A stretch of 64,000 bases of DNA from Basidiobolus meristosporus CBS 931.73 (taxonomy: Eukaryota > Fungi > Basidiobolomycota), in contig MCFE01000137.1 of assembly GCA_002104905.1 (NCBI GenBank), forward strand, positions 93,611 through 157,610, read 5' to 3'. The notes under the pieces were generated by a model that was not told where the DNA came from, ran no database searches, and saw only the letters and a program-made list of their open reading frames with translations. Positions 1-12,337 of the stretch are shown in pieces. A program made the position numbers and the translations under genes. The stretch's first letter is position 1. Each line of letters begins with the position of its first letter.

Positions 1-1767
1 ATTTTCCAGCGTAGTAATTTTTGGAATTAGTTCCTGACGGCTGCGGGGAGGAAGTTGTAGGTCAGCTCGTCAGATTCGTTGTTGGAACATATACAGTTTG
101 GCCTTGAAACCATAACAATGCTCTAATAAGTAATTGGTGTTTTATCTCATGGATTTGATCAGTCATCCGGAAAAATAGGATTCGGCACAGATCCGGCCCT
201 CGTGGATCTCTTGATATTGAACCTCACAGACGTGGCAATGAATTCGGATTAAGCTCAATGGTCGGCCCATTTAGAGCTATTGACGGGGCTAAGCTGTTTC
301 CGGTACCGATGAGTCGCAGACCATCGCTTGGCGCCAGATTTCAGACACTTAGCAGGTTCCTTTTTTTTTGGGGGGGGGGTCCAGTATTTGGTAGTAGGGG
401 GTAAGGTGGAAGTTCTCTTAGGCAAGCCAAGAGTGATCACAATTGATCTCGCGATGCATGCGTAGGCTAGTGGAATATCCTATTTGTCAGGGGGGGGGGG
501 AATCAAATCTACCACTATCAAATCGAAATGCCGATAGGTGGGTTAGAGCAGGCGATTTCTTCTTGCTACTACAGATCTGAGATAAGTCCATTGCTTCAAT
601 CGCTGCCATCTATCAAGTTTCTCCGCCATAAGGTCCAGTCCGATTGCGGACTCATCTGATTCGCTCAAGGATCTCGGTCCCACCTCTTGGCAATCATTTC
701 AGCCACCCTGTTTGTTTACCCAAGTGATCCATCAGGATTCCGCATAAAACAGTCTATGCCAAATGAAGACAATGGAAACCCACTAGAAAATAGACTTGTT
801 GCACAACAGGATCCATGTTCTTTCGAAGAAACAACCTCACCTCATGGCCCATCAGGTGGGTCAAGAAAGTGTGTTTCTATGAATTCCAATGTGCTTCCCA
901 CAAGTTCCGATAAGTTTCCTAATCCTGAGTGCAACAACATATGGGTGTGACTGAAGTAAGAGTCATCTTGGGCGATGAGGAGATAGCAAACGGAAACCCG
1001 GTTTTTCAAGCCACATCATGTATGGGCCAAGGCCATTAGACTATTATTGTTGGCTATTTACAATCCGGGATACGCCTTGACATTTCAGTACAGACAAACG
1101 AAACCCAAATCCAACTTAGAAATGGTGAGTTGGGTATTCTAGGTACACTTCCAGATTCATTGCTTATTCATAATAGCTGTTCAATGTACTCAAAAGTAGC
1201 CTATTATTTGATTGCTGAATTCAACCTTCTTGATCTGGCAACCTTTTTGTATACATAAATGGTGACATAGTTCCTGACTAGCTAATCATATTGTAATGTA
1301 ATATGTTTCTTGGCTGTTACCATAGAAAGGTACACTAGGGTTGCTGCAAAAGCTGAACAGAAGTCAGTTTAAAGCAATAGAAATTCTCAGAACATTCAAA
1401 GACCTTTAAGATCTGCCAAGATTCTGTTACATTTACTTCCAGATATTATATCATTTGGTACAAATATTACTCTATACCAGTCCCAAGCGCACCCTTTGCG
1501 CACTCCTGGATCACTACACTTCAGCATGGGATAGATATTCTAGGGATTAGAGGCTTAGAATTTCTCTTGACTGAAGATGGTTATAATTTTGTATATATAC
1601 AATGCTATCAAAACTCAATATACAACAGTGCTCAATCAGCATATATTTGAACAGTGCCATCTATAAAGCACCTGCTGAGCCCAGCTATGTACTTGACTAT
1701 AAATAAGTGGTAAATTTCAGAGGCTGCAAACATTATTTTTGATATATTAGCAACACAAAGCTGTACC

Positions 1768-1945
1768 TGTAGTTAAGGTTTGTGATTATACCTAAATGCA
1801 CATCTAGCTTAGTGACTTAGATTATTGCCTACAAATCTTGGAGAATACTGGCCAAACTCCTTATCACAATTTACTTTGAATATTTTCACCAAAATACCAG
1901 GTACCCAGAACATGAAAATCTCAAAGTTGTCCAAACATCTCTGAG
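1768..1945 (+). mobile_element. Old, truncated LTR fragment of the copia family
   Basis: Degenerate match to the 5' half of the LTR at 1987 (tgtagttaaggtttgtgattatacctaaat vs tgttgtaaaaatttggaattccacctaaat; shared 'gagaatactg', 'ccaggtacccagaacatgaaaat', 'aaagttgtccaaaca'). Confidence 0.75.
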
Positions 1946-1986
1946 TTTTTACATTCAATTCCTTATTAAGAGAAGGACAAATAATA

Positions 1987-2993
1987 TGTTGTAAAAATTT
2001 GGAATTCCACCTAAATATTCACCTAACTTAGTCACTTAGATCATTACCCTCAAATCCTAGAGAATACTGACCAAAATCCATGTCGGGATTTACTTGGAAT
2101 ATTTACCCAGAACATGAAAATTCTCAAAGTTGTCCAAACAGCCCCAAACTTTGCGGACATGTTCTTGGGACCTTTCTTAACCTATCCTCGTGTTTGTAAT
2201 GCCAAGACCAGGTAAAAGTATAAATACTACTTTTACATTCAATAAATCATTAAGTGAAAACCACCTAATCTACTTGTGTCCAAATTACTTCCAATATCTC
2301 CAAGACTCTTACAACAGGTTATGAGCCCCAAGCTGTCACTCTCTGTATTGTGTACTACAGCTATTACTGGAATTTTTCCCTCTGCTGAAAAGTTGGATGG
2401 ATCTAACTACCAAGTGTGGAAGGTGAAGATGAAGATGCTGCTACAAGAAAGAGGCCTTTGGGATATTGTCACGGGAGAAGAATGCCCTCCTAAAAGCGTG
2501 GGAGAGGAAGCCCTGAAGTACCAGAAGAACAAACAAAGTGTCTTTAACTGCATTTGCCTTAATGTTGAAGACAAATTGCTAATTCAATGCTCAAGAGCAA
2601 AAACAGCAAAGAATGCCTGGAAGGCATTAGAAGACACCTACCAGTCATGTTCAGCTGCCAAGAAAATGTGTCTGAGATGCAAATTCTTTACTACAAAGAT
2701 GCTGCCAGGAGAAGAAATGAAAGATCTAATTAACAGAATTGCCCTGCTGGTAGATGAGATGGAGTCTGTGGGCGTACCAACTACTGATGAGGATGTGATA
2801 GTTACCATCCTGAATAGCCTGACAAACAGGTTTCAGGGCCTTGTATCAGCCCTAGAGTCCAGAACTGAAGATTTGACCTTAAATTACCTATATGAAAGGC
2901 TCCTGGATGAAGAATTAAGAAAATCAAGCGCCAATAAGAAGGAAGAAGAAAATGCTTTAATAAGCAATGATTACCAACAAAGGAGGTACCCAA
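1987..2993 (+). mobile_element. Ty1/copia copy 1: 5' LTR (1987-2316), PBS (2317-2328) and gag truncated by the next LTR
   Basis: LTR runs TGTTG...CAACA and is followed directly by GGTTATGAGCCC. The ORF has copia Gag motifs (KLDGSNYQVWKVKMKMLLQERGLW; ILNSL...F). It breaks at ...aggtacccaa|TGTTGTA. Confidence 0.92.
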
Positions 2994-5900
2994 TGTTGTA
3001 AAAGTTTGTATTTCCACCTAAATATTCACCTAACTTAGTCACTTAGATCATTACCTTCAAATCCTAGAGAATACTGACCAAATTCCTTGTTGGGATTTAC
3101 TTGGAATATTTTCACCAAAATACCAGGTACTCAGAACATGAAAATTCTCAAAGTTGTCCAAACAGCCCCAAACTTTGCACACATGCTCCTGGGACCTTCC
3201 TTAACCTATCCTTGTGTTTGTAATGCCAAGACCAGGTAAAAGTTTAAATACTACTTTTACATTCAATAAATCAATAAGTGAAAACCACATAATCTACTTG
3301 TTCTCCAAATCACTTCCAATATCTACAAGACTCTTACAACAGGCTATGAGCCCCAAGCTGTCACTCTCTGCAATGTCTACTACTGCTATTACTGGAATTT
3401 TTCCCTCTGCTGAAAAGTTGGATGTATCTAACTACCAAGTGTGGAAGGTGAAGATGAAGATGCTGCTACAAGAAAGAGGCCTTTGGGATATTGTCATGGG
3501 AGAAGAATGCCCTCCTAAAAGCATGGGAGAGGAATCCTTAAAGTACCAGAAGAAAGAAAAATGTGCCTTTAACTGCATATGCCTTAGTGTTAAAGACAAA
3601 TTGCTAATTCAATGCTCAAGAGCAAAAACAGCAAAGAATGCCTGGAAGGCATTAGAAGACACCTACCAGTCATGTTCAGCTGCCAAGAAAATGTATCTGA
3701 GACAAAAACTCTTTACTACAAAGATGCTGCCAGGAGAAGAAATGAAAAATCTAATTACCAGAATTACCCTGCTGGTAGATGAGATGGAGTCTGTGGGCGT
3801 ACCAACTACTGATGAGGATGTGATAGTTACCATCCTGAATAGCCTGACAGACAAGTTTCAGGGCCTTGTATCAGCTCTAGAGTCCAGACCTGAAGATTTG
3901 ACCTTAAATTATGTATATGGAAAGCTCCTGGATGAAGAATTAAGAAAAACAAGCGCCAATAAGAAGGAAGAAGAAAATGCTTTAATAAGCAATGAAAACC
4001 AACAAAGGAGGTACCCAAGACCCTACAAAGGCAACAGCAACCTGTTTTGTAACTACTGCAAAAGGAAAGGACACACATCAGACCGGTGTCTCAAAAAGAA
4101 AGATAACCAGCAAAAGAAGCCTGAATATGGAAATGCTGCAACAACTGAAGATCAGAATCTATACAAGCTGACTTATATTCCATCATATTTGGAAGCCAAT
4201 ATAAGTAACTTAAATGAAGAAACACCAATGCTTTGGCACAGGAGATTTGGGCACATCAATTAAGATTATTTGCACAAAATGATCAAAGATCAGCTAATTG
4301 GGAGCACTGTGAAGCCTGCATATATGGGAAACAAGCCAGACAACCGTTCAAGAGCTCTGGGTTAATCAAAACTAAGAAAAAATTAGCTCTAATTCACTCA
4401 GATCTGTGTGGACCTATGCAAAATTTATCCTTAGGTGGGATGAATTATTTAATCACTTTTATTGATGATTATACAAGATACACATGGGTCTACTTCATGG
4501 AGAGAAAGGAAGAAGCTCTGTCTAAGTTCAGGGAGTTTAAAGCCATGGTGGAGAGAGAAACTGGTGAAAAAATCAAGAAAATACGCTCTGATAATGGTGG
4601 AGAATATACCTCAAAACTCTTCGTCCACTTCTGCAAAATTCATGAGATAAAGCAAGAGACTACTGTACCATACTCCTCACAGCAAAATGGAGTAGCAGAA
4701 CAAGCTAACAGATCAATAATTGATATGGCAAGATCTATGATTGATGATCAAAAATTATCCTATGATTTTTGGGCGGAATCAGTTGCCACTGCTGTATACC
4801 TTAAAAATAGGAGCTATAACAAAATACTTTGTGATTCTACTCCATTTGAAGCATGGCATTGATACAGACCAAGTGCAGAACATCTAAGAGTATTTGGGTG
4901 TACAGCATATGCCAAAAAATTGGCCGGAAATCAGTCAAAATTTGAGCCAAAAAGTGTAAAATGTAAATTTTTGGGCTACTGCAATGAGAGTAAGGTATAC
5001 AGACTCTACAATACCAAAGCAAAGAAGCTGATCAGGTCCAGGGATGTGTTGTTTGATGAAAATTCAAAATTTTCACAAAAAATGACATCAGATGATGACA
5101 AAAATTTGATCTCAAGTCCACCAATTGTCAGGATTGAATCAGAGCAAAACAATGAAAATTTTTTCACTCCAAAGGACTCTACAACTGTGGTTCAGCCAGA
5201 ATCAGTGCCCAGGAACATCCCAGAAGTGATCATTCCAGTATAAAATGCCCAAAGATCCAATCAGACAAGAAATAGCCCAAATTACTATATCAATGAGGGT
5301 ACAAACTTAGCCTATGCCTATTCAGTCCATATTGATGAACCCCAGACTGTAAAAGAGGCCCTAAATAGCCCTCAGATGAAGTTTTGGAAATCTGCAATGA
5401 CTGAGGAATATCAGGCCCTGATGGAAAATCAAACTTGGGACTTAGTCAAATTACCAATCAACCAAAAATCAATTGGATGCAGATGGGTCTTCAAGACAAA
5501 ATACAAGGCTGATGGTACAATTGAAAGATACAAAGCAAGACTTGTAGCCAAAGGATACTCTCAAACAAAAGGACTTTACTATACTGAGACCTTTGCACCA
5601 GTAGCCAAGTATAATTCCATCAGATTAATATTGGCTATTGCAGCCAAATATAAGTTGTTTATTCATCAAATGGATGTAAAAACTGCATTTTTGAATGGAA
5701 AACCTGATGAGGACATGTATATGGACCAGCCTGATGGGTTTGTCAACCAAGATAATCCCCATTTGGTCTGCAAGCTTAAAAAGTCACTATATGGTCTCAA
5801 ACAATCACCAAGAGCCTGGAATTGCAAGATAGAATCTTATTTGGAATCTTTGAGCTTCAAAAGGAGTAATGCTGACCATAGTATATATTATAAGCCAGAT

Positions 5901-7266
5901 AGAGCAAATCCAGCTCTATTAGCTCTATATGTGGATGATCATATTATAGCCGCCAATAACCTAGCAATATTGGAAGAGACTAAATCCAGCCTATCTAAAG
6001 AGTTCAAGATGTCCAATCTAGGAGAACTTAGCTACTACTTAGGGATTAAGTTCTCCATAGACAGAAGTACCCAGACTATCACCCTAAGCCAATCCAAGTA
6101 TATTCAAGATATCCTAAAGAAGTACCAAATGGAAGACTGTAAACCGGCAGCTACCCCAATGGAGACAAACCTTTACTTGGTCAAAACTCAACCAAATCAA
6201 GTGAGCTTGGTGCCATCTGAAAGCCCTGACTTTCCTTATCAATATATGATTAGCAGTCTGATGTATATCATGCTTGGAACACGTCCAGATATCTCATATT
6301 CAGTGGGAGTTGTCAGCCAGCATAATCAGAACTATGGATCTGATCATATTGCAGCAGTTAAGCAGATTTTTAGATACCTAAAAGGAACTGCTGATATCTG
6401 CTTAAGATACACTTACAAGGATTCAGAACAGGATCTTGTGGATACTCTGATGCTCATTGGGACAAAATTTAGAAGACAGAAGATCCACCACAGGATACAC
6501 CTTTCTTAACTGTAAAGGAGCAATTTCATGGAATTCAAGAAAGCAACCAACCGTAGCACTTTCCACCACAGAGGCAGAGTATATGGCAGCCTGTGAAGCT
6601 ACAAAAGAAGTAATGTGGTTAAGAAAGCTTTTTACAGATTTAGGCCTATGTCAAAAAACACCTATTACTTTATTTCAAGATAATCAAGGATGTATACAAT
6701 TAGGTAGAAATCCAATTTTTTATGCTAGAACAAAGCTCATAGATATTAGACATCATTTCACACGTGAAGCTAAAGAGAATAACTTAGTTCGCTTAGTTTA
6801 CTGTCCTACAGATGAAATGATTGCAGACATATTTACCAAACCATTAGCTAGAGACAAGTTTGAATATCTTAGGTCAAAATTAGGACTAGTCAGTATGAGC
6901 ATTTAGCTGAGTGGGAGTGTTGTAAAAATTTGGAATTCCACCTATATATTCACCTAACTTAGTCACTTAGCTCATTACCTTCAAATCCTAGAGAATCCTG
7001 ACCAAATTCCTTGTTGGGATTTACATGGAATATTTTCACCAAGATACCAGGTACCCAGAACATGAAAATTCTCAAAGTTGTCCAAACAGCCCCAAACTTT
7101 GCACACATGTTCTTGGGACCTTCCTTAACCTATTCTACGTGTCTGTTATTCTAAGACCAGGTAAAAGTATAAATACTACTTTTACATTCAATAAATCATT
7201 AAGTGAAAACCACATAATCTACTTGTTCTCCCAATCACTTCCAACATCTCCAATACTTTTACAGCA
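2994..7266 (+). mobile_element. Ty1/copia copy 2, two-LTR defective element (LTRs 2994-3341 and 6918-7266; PBS 3342-3353; PPT 6909-6917)
   Basis: Two LTRs of about 350 bp, roughly 90% identical by eye. PBS GGCTATGAGCCC; PPT GAGTGGGAG before the 3' LTR. Domain order is gag-IN-RT-RH. No matching TSD (cccaa vs ttttt). Confidence 0.95.
3373..6906 (+). pseudogene. Copia gag-pol, disrupted: Gag with CCHC knuckle, no protease, integrase, RT, RNase H
   Basis: CNYCKRKGHTSDRC knuckle; WHRRFGH...CEAC; IHSDLCGP, IRSDNGGEY, QQNGVAE (IN); ARLVAKGYSQ, QMDVKTAFLNG, LYGLKQSPRAW, LYVDD (RT); [21 protein letters not shown] (RH). Stops or frameshifts near 4261, 4860, 5243 and 6460. Confidence 0.93.
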
Positions 7267-8537
7267 TTTTTAAGCTTGCAGACCAAATGGGGGTTATCTT
7301 GGTCAACAAACCCATCAGGCTGATCCATATACATGTCCTCATCAAGTTCTTCATTCAAAAATGCAGCTTTTAAATCCATTTGCTGAATAAAAAACTTACG
7401 TTTGGCTGCAATAGCCAATATTAATCTGATGGAACTAAACATAGCTACCAGTGCAAAGGTCTCAGTAGAGTCAAGTCCTTGAGAGTATCTTTTGGCAACA
7501 AGTCTTGCTTTGCATCTTTCAAATGTACCATCAGCCTTGTATTTTGTCTTGAAGACACATCTGCATACAGTTGATTTTTGGTTGATTGGTAATTTACAAA
7601 TTTTTACAACACCATATACATAATTTAAGGTCAAATCTTCAGTTCTGGACGCTAGGGCTGATACAAGGCCTTGCAACCTCTCTGTCAGGCTAGTCAGGAT
7701 GGTTACTATTACATCCTCATCAGTAGTTGTTATGCACACATATTCCATCTCATCCACCAGCAGGGTAATTCTGGTAATTAAATTTTTCATTTCTTTTCCT
7801 GGCAGCATCTTTGTGGTAGAGAATTTTTGTCCAAGATACATTTTCTTGGCAGCTGAGCATGAATGGTAGGTGTCTTCTAATGCCTTCCAGGCATTCTTTG
7901 CTGCTTTTGCTCTTGAGCATTGAATTAGCAATTTGTCTTTGGCACTAAGGCATATGCACTTAAAGGCTCTTTGTTCTTTCTTCTGGTACTTTAAGGATTC
8001 CTCTCCTGTGTTTTTAGGAGGGCATACTTCTCCCATGACAATATCCCAAAGGCCTCTTTCTTGTAGCAGCATCTTCATCTTCACCTTCCACACTTGGTAG
8101 TTAGATCCATCCAACTTCTTAGCAGAGGAAAAAGTTCCAGTAATAGCAGTAGTATACATTGCAGAGAGTGACAGCTTGGGGCTCATAACCTGTTGTAAGA
8201 GTCTTGGAGATATTGGAAGTGACTGGGATAACACGTACATTACATGGTTTTCACTTAATGATTTATAGAATGTAAAAGTAGTATTTATATTTTAACATGG
8301 TCTTGGCATTAAAAATATGTAGAATACAGCAAGAAAGGTCCCAAGATCATGTGAAAAATTTGGGGCTGTTTGGACAACTTTGAGAATTTTCATGTTCTGG
8401 GTACCTGGTATTTTGGTGAAAATATTCCAAGTAAGTCCTAACAAGGAATTTGGTCAGTATTCTCTAGGATTTGAAGGTAATGATCTAAGTAACTAAGTTA
8501 GGTGAATATTTAGGTGGAATTCCAAATTTTTACAACC
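7267..8537 (-). mobile_element. Inverted copia copy 3: LTR (8191-8537), PBS (8179-8190), gag fused to an RT fragment through a 15-bp LTR remnant
   Basis: Reverse complement of LTR, PBS and gag. ORF 7188-8240 joins Gag (TLNYVYG) to RT (KLPINQKST...RLVAKRYSQ) across TGTTGTAAAAATTTG (7597-7611). It is truncated at the 3' LTR of copy 2. Confidence 0.9.
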
Positions 8538-10095
8538 AAGTCTACTATCTGTGAGCAAGGCCACAGCACAAAAACTCAGATTCAGTTTTGATAATTCTGG
8601 ATGCAGGATCACTGATCAATATTGCACACATATTACTTTGGGTGTTAGATATCAGAATTTATACAATCTGACTTGTATCCCATCATATCCAGAGGCCAAT
8701 ATAAGTTACTTAAATGAAGAAACACCAGTACTTGGCACAGGAGATTTGGACATATCAATTTTGATTATATGAGCAAAATAGTGCTGAGAGATCCGCTAAT
8801 TTGGAGCACTGTGAAGTCTGCATATAGGAGAAACAAGTCAAACAACCATTTAAGAGCTCTGGGTTAATCAAAACCAAGAAAATTTAGATCTAATTTACAT
8901 GGATCTGTGTAGACCTTTACAAGACTTATCTTTAAGGGAAATGAAGAGTTGTTCACTTTTATTGATGTGTATACAAGATATGTGCAAGCCCACTTCATAG
9001 AAAGAAAGGAAGAAGCTACGTCTAAGTTCAGGAAGTCCAAAGCCATGGTGGAGAGAGAAACTAGCAGAAAAATCACAAAAATATGCTCAGACAATGGTGG
9101 AGAATATACCTGAAAACTCTTCATCCACTTCTGCAAGATTCATGGGATGTAGCAAGCAACTACAGTACCATACTCTCAACAGTGGAATGGAGTTGCAGAA
9201 TGTGCAATCAGTACAATAGCTGAAATGGCAAGATCTATTTTTGTTGTAAAACTTTGTAATTCAACCTAAATATTCACCCAATTGCTCACTTAGATCATTA
9301 CCTTCAAGTTTTAGAGAATACTGGCCATATTCCTTGTTGGGATTTACTTAAAATATTTTCACCAAAATATCAGGTACCCAGAACATGAAAATCCTCAATA
9401 TTGTCCAAGCAGCCCCAAACTTGCACACATATTCTCAAGACCTTCCTAAACCAATTCAACATGCTTATTATGCTAAGAACATGTAAATGTATAAATACCA
9501 CTTTTGCATTCAATAAATTATTCAGTGAAAACCACATTATCTACTTGTTTTCCCAATCACTTCCAATATATCAGAAACACTTACAGCACTATGAACCATG
9601 ATCAGAAATTATCTTGCAATTCTTAGGTAAATCAGATGCTGCAGCTGTATATCTCAAAAGCATGAGTTATTGCAGAATACCTTGTAATTCCACTCCATTT
9701 GTGGCATGATATTTTTGTAGTCCATATGCAGAGCACTCAAGTATATTTAGTTGCACAACATATGCCAAGAAACTGCCTGGAAATGAGTTAAAGTTTGAGT
9801 CATATGGAGCAGAATGTATATTTCTGGGCTATTGCAATGAGATTAAGGCATATAGACTCTACAATATCAAAGAAAACAAGCTGATCACGTCCAAGGATTT
9901 GTTCTTTATTGAAGATTCCAAATTCACACAAAGTATTACATTAAATGATGACAAAAAGCCCATCTCAAGTCAATAAATAGTCAGGATTGATTCAGAGCAA
10001 AGCAATGAAAGTTCTGTCACTTCAGAAGACTCTGCAACTGTGATTCAGCATGAGTTTATGCTCAGGAACACCTCAGAAGTGATCATTCCAATATT
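8538..10095 (+). mobile_element. Degraded copia protease-end/integrase fragment interrupted by a solo LTR (about 9242-9588)
   Basis: Translates to SLLSVSKA...FDNSGCRI...QNLYNL...WHRRFGH and continues in line with 4150-5240. Integrase sequence resumes after the LTR with a TSD-like CTAT(T)/CTATG. Confidence 0.85.
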
Positions 10096-10104
10096 ACTAA
10101 TTTT

Positions 10105-11450
10105 ATTTGAAGCACCAGTCTGATGTGTGTCCTTTCTGTTTACAATAGCTGCAAGAAAGGTAGCTGTTGCCTTTAGAGGGTTGTAAGTACCTCCTTTGTT
10201 GGCTAACATAGCTTATTAAGATATTTTCTTCATCCTTATTAGCACTTGATTTTCTTAATTCCTCATTTAGGATCATTCAATATATTGTGATAATATGTAC
10301 TTCCACCTATATACCCACCCAACTTAGTCAGTCTTATTATTACCTACAAATCTTAGAGAATGCTGACCAAATATCTTGTGGGGATTTACTTAGAATATTT
10401 TCAACAAAATATCAGGTACCCAGATCATGAAAGTTCTCAAAGTTGCCCATGCAGCCCTAAACTTTGCACATATGTTTGTGTAATATTTCTAAGCCTTTTA
10501 TATATGTTTTTTATGCCAAGGCCATGTAAAAGTATTAGTATCACTTTTATATTCAATAAATCATTATGTGAAAACCACCTAAACTAATTCTTCTTCCAAT
10601 TTATTTCAATATCTCCAAACCTTTTACAACACTTTCTTTACTGTAAAGGAGCAATTTCATAAAACTGAAGAGAGTAACCAACCATTGCATTTTCCACCAC
10701 AGAGGCAGAGTATATGAGAGCCTGTGGGGCTACAAAAGAACTAATGTGACTAAGAGAGCTTTCTTAAGACTTGAGATAATATCAAAAGCCTTGCTATATT
10801 ATTTCAAGATAATTATGGATGTATGCAATATTGGTAGATATCCAATTTTTTATCCTAGTACCAACCTCATGGATATTAGACAACAGTACATACATGAAGC
10901 TATAAAGAATAGCTTAGTTAGCTCAGTTAGCATAGTTTACTGTCCTATGGATGAAATGATTGCAGACATATTAACCAAACCAATAGCTAGATAAGTTTGA
11001 GTATCTTACATCACAGTTGGTACAAGTTAATATCATTATGTAGTTGAGTGGGAGTGTAGTAAGAGCTTGCAATTGCACCTATATACTCACCACACTTAGT
11101 CACCTTGATTATAGCTGACAAATCTTAGAGAATTCTGACTATATTACTTGCCAGGATTTACTTGAAATATTTTCACCAAACCATCATGTACCCAGAACAT
11201 GATATTTCTCAAAGTTGTCCAAGTATTCACAACCTTGCACGCATGTTTGTGGGATCATCTTAGGCATATTTATATGTTTATTTTGCCAAGACCATGTAAA
11301 ACTAAAAATATCGCTTTTACATTTATTAAATTGTCAAGTGATACCACAAAATCTGCCTGCTCTCCCATTCACTTCCAATATCTCCAAAACTCTTAAAACA
11401 TAATCGGCTTGCTCTCCCAAATACTTTCAGCATTTCGAATACTCTTAAAA
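10105..11450. mobile_element. Further decayed copia pieces: minus-strand gag fragment (about 10105-10290), LTR (about 10297-10631), RNase H (10632-11045), PPT and LTR (about 11055-11400)
   Basis: Nucleotide similarity to 3940-4090 (inverted), to the LTR, and to 6500-6917, including 'accacagaggcagagtatatg' and 'gagtgggag|tgt'. Confidence 0.8.
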
Positions 11451-11681
11451 CACTATTCAATATTTGCTAAACCTTTAACTCACTTCTTTTATTTGGTGGG
11501 TTCTGCATGATTTTCTGCACAGTAGCTTGATATATCTACCTCCAGCAAATGGACCACTATGAAATATAATATTAGCAATGATGGATAGGGCATGAAGCTC
11601 ACACAGTGCGCCTTGAAGAGATTGTAATAAAGATGCTAGAACTAGTGCCCGCAATTGCAAGTTGTTTGAATGTTGTTTTTT

Positions 11682-12024
11682 TGTTAGAGTCCGGAGATAT
11701 TAGAAGTGATTAGCAGAATAGGCAGATTATGTGGTTTTCACTTAATAATTTATTGAATGTAAAAGTGATGCTTGTACTTCTATATGATCTCGGCAAAAAA
11801 CCATGAAGGATATGTTTAGGAAGGCCCCAATAGCATGTGCGCAAAGTTTGGGGCTGTTTGGACAACTTGGGATATTTTCATCAAAACATCAGGTACCCAG
11901 GACATGAAAAATCTCAAAGAAAATCCCAACCAGGAATTTGGACAGAATTCTCTAAGATTTGTGGACTATGATCCAAGTGACTAAGTTAGGTGAATATTTA
12001 GGTGTAATTACGAAATTTACAACA
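11682..12024 (-). mobile_element. Solo LTR, minus strand
   Basis: Reverse complement of the family LTR, ending 'ttaggtgaatatttaggtgtaattacgaaatttacaaca'. Confidence 0.8.
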
Positions 12025-12337
12025 GTAATCACACCCAAAGCCAACCGCATGCTTGAAACAATTCCACCAGTTGAGAAGCAGTTGGCAGAAATCCCCCGTA
12101 TTGAGGGCGGGTGGGGAGTTCTGGAACAAATAGGCTCCTTCATTTACTCAAAGCAGTGTTTAAACAGTACCAATATGGGGGAATGTTAAATCAGCATTGA
12201 TTCCACAGCTGATATAATGAGCTCTAACCAGAAAGTCGCTGGCTCCAGGGGAAAAGGATTATAGGACAGAGGAGGTCTAAAACGACCAGAGGAGAGACGA
12301 TACGAGCCTCCCCGTAATGCTTTTGGAGGGGGGAGGG

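Noticed and set aside
500-1200. Possible Ty3/gypsy protease relic (SGGSRKCVS...TIIVGYL)
   Set aside because: The catalytic Asp is absent and similarity is too weak to call by eye.
4255-4300. Programmed ribosomal frameshift in the copia integrase
   Set aside because: No X-XXY-YYZ heptamer, an in-frame TAA precedes the site in copy 2, and sequence appears deleted; decay is simpler.
2989-7271. Target-site duplication for the two-LTR element
   Set aside because: Flanks are CCCAA and TTTTT and come from different element parts, indicating rearrangement.
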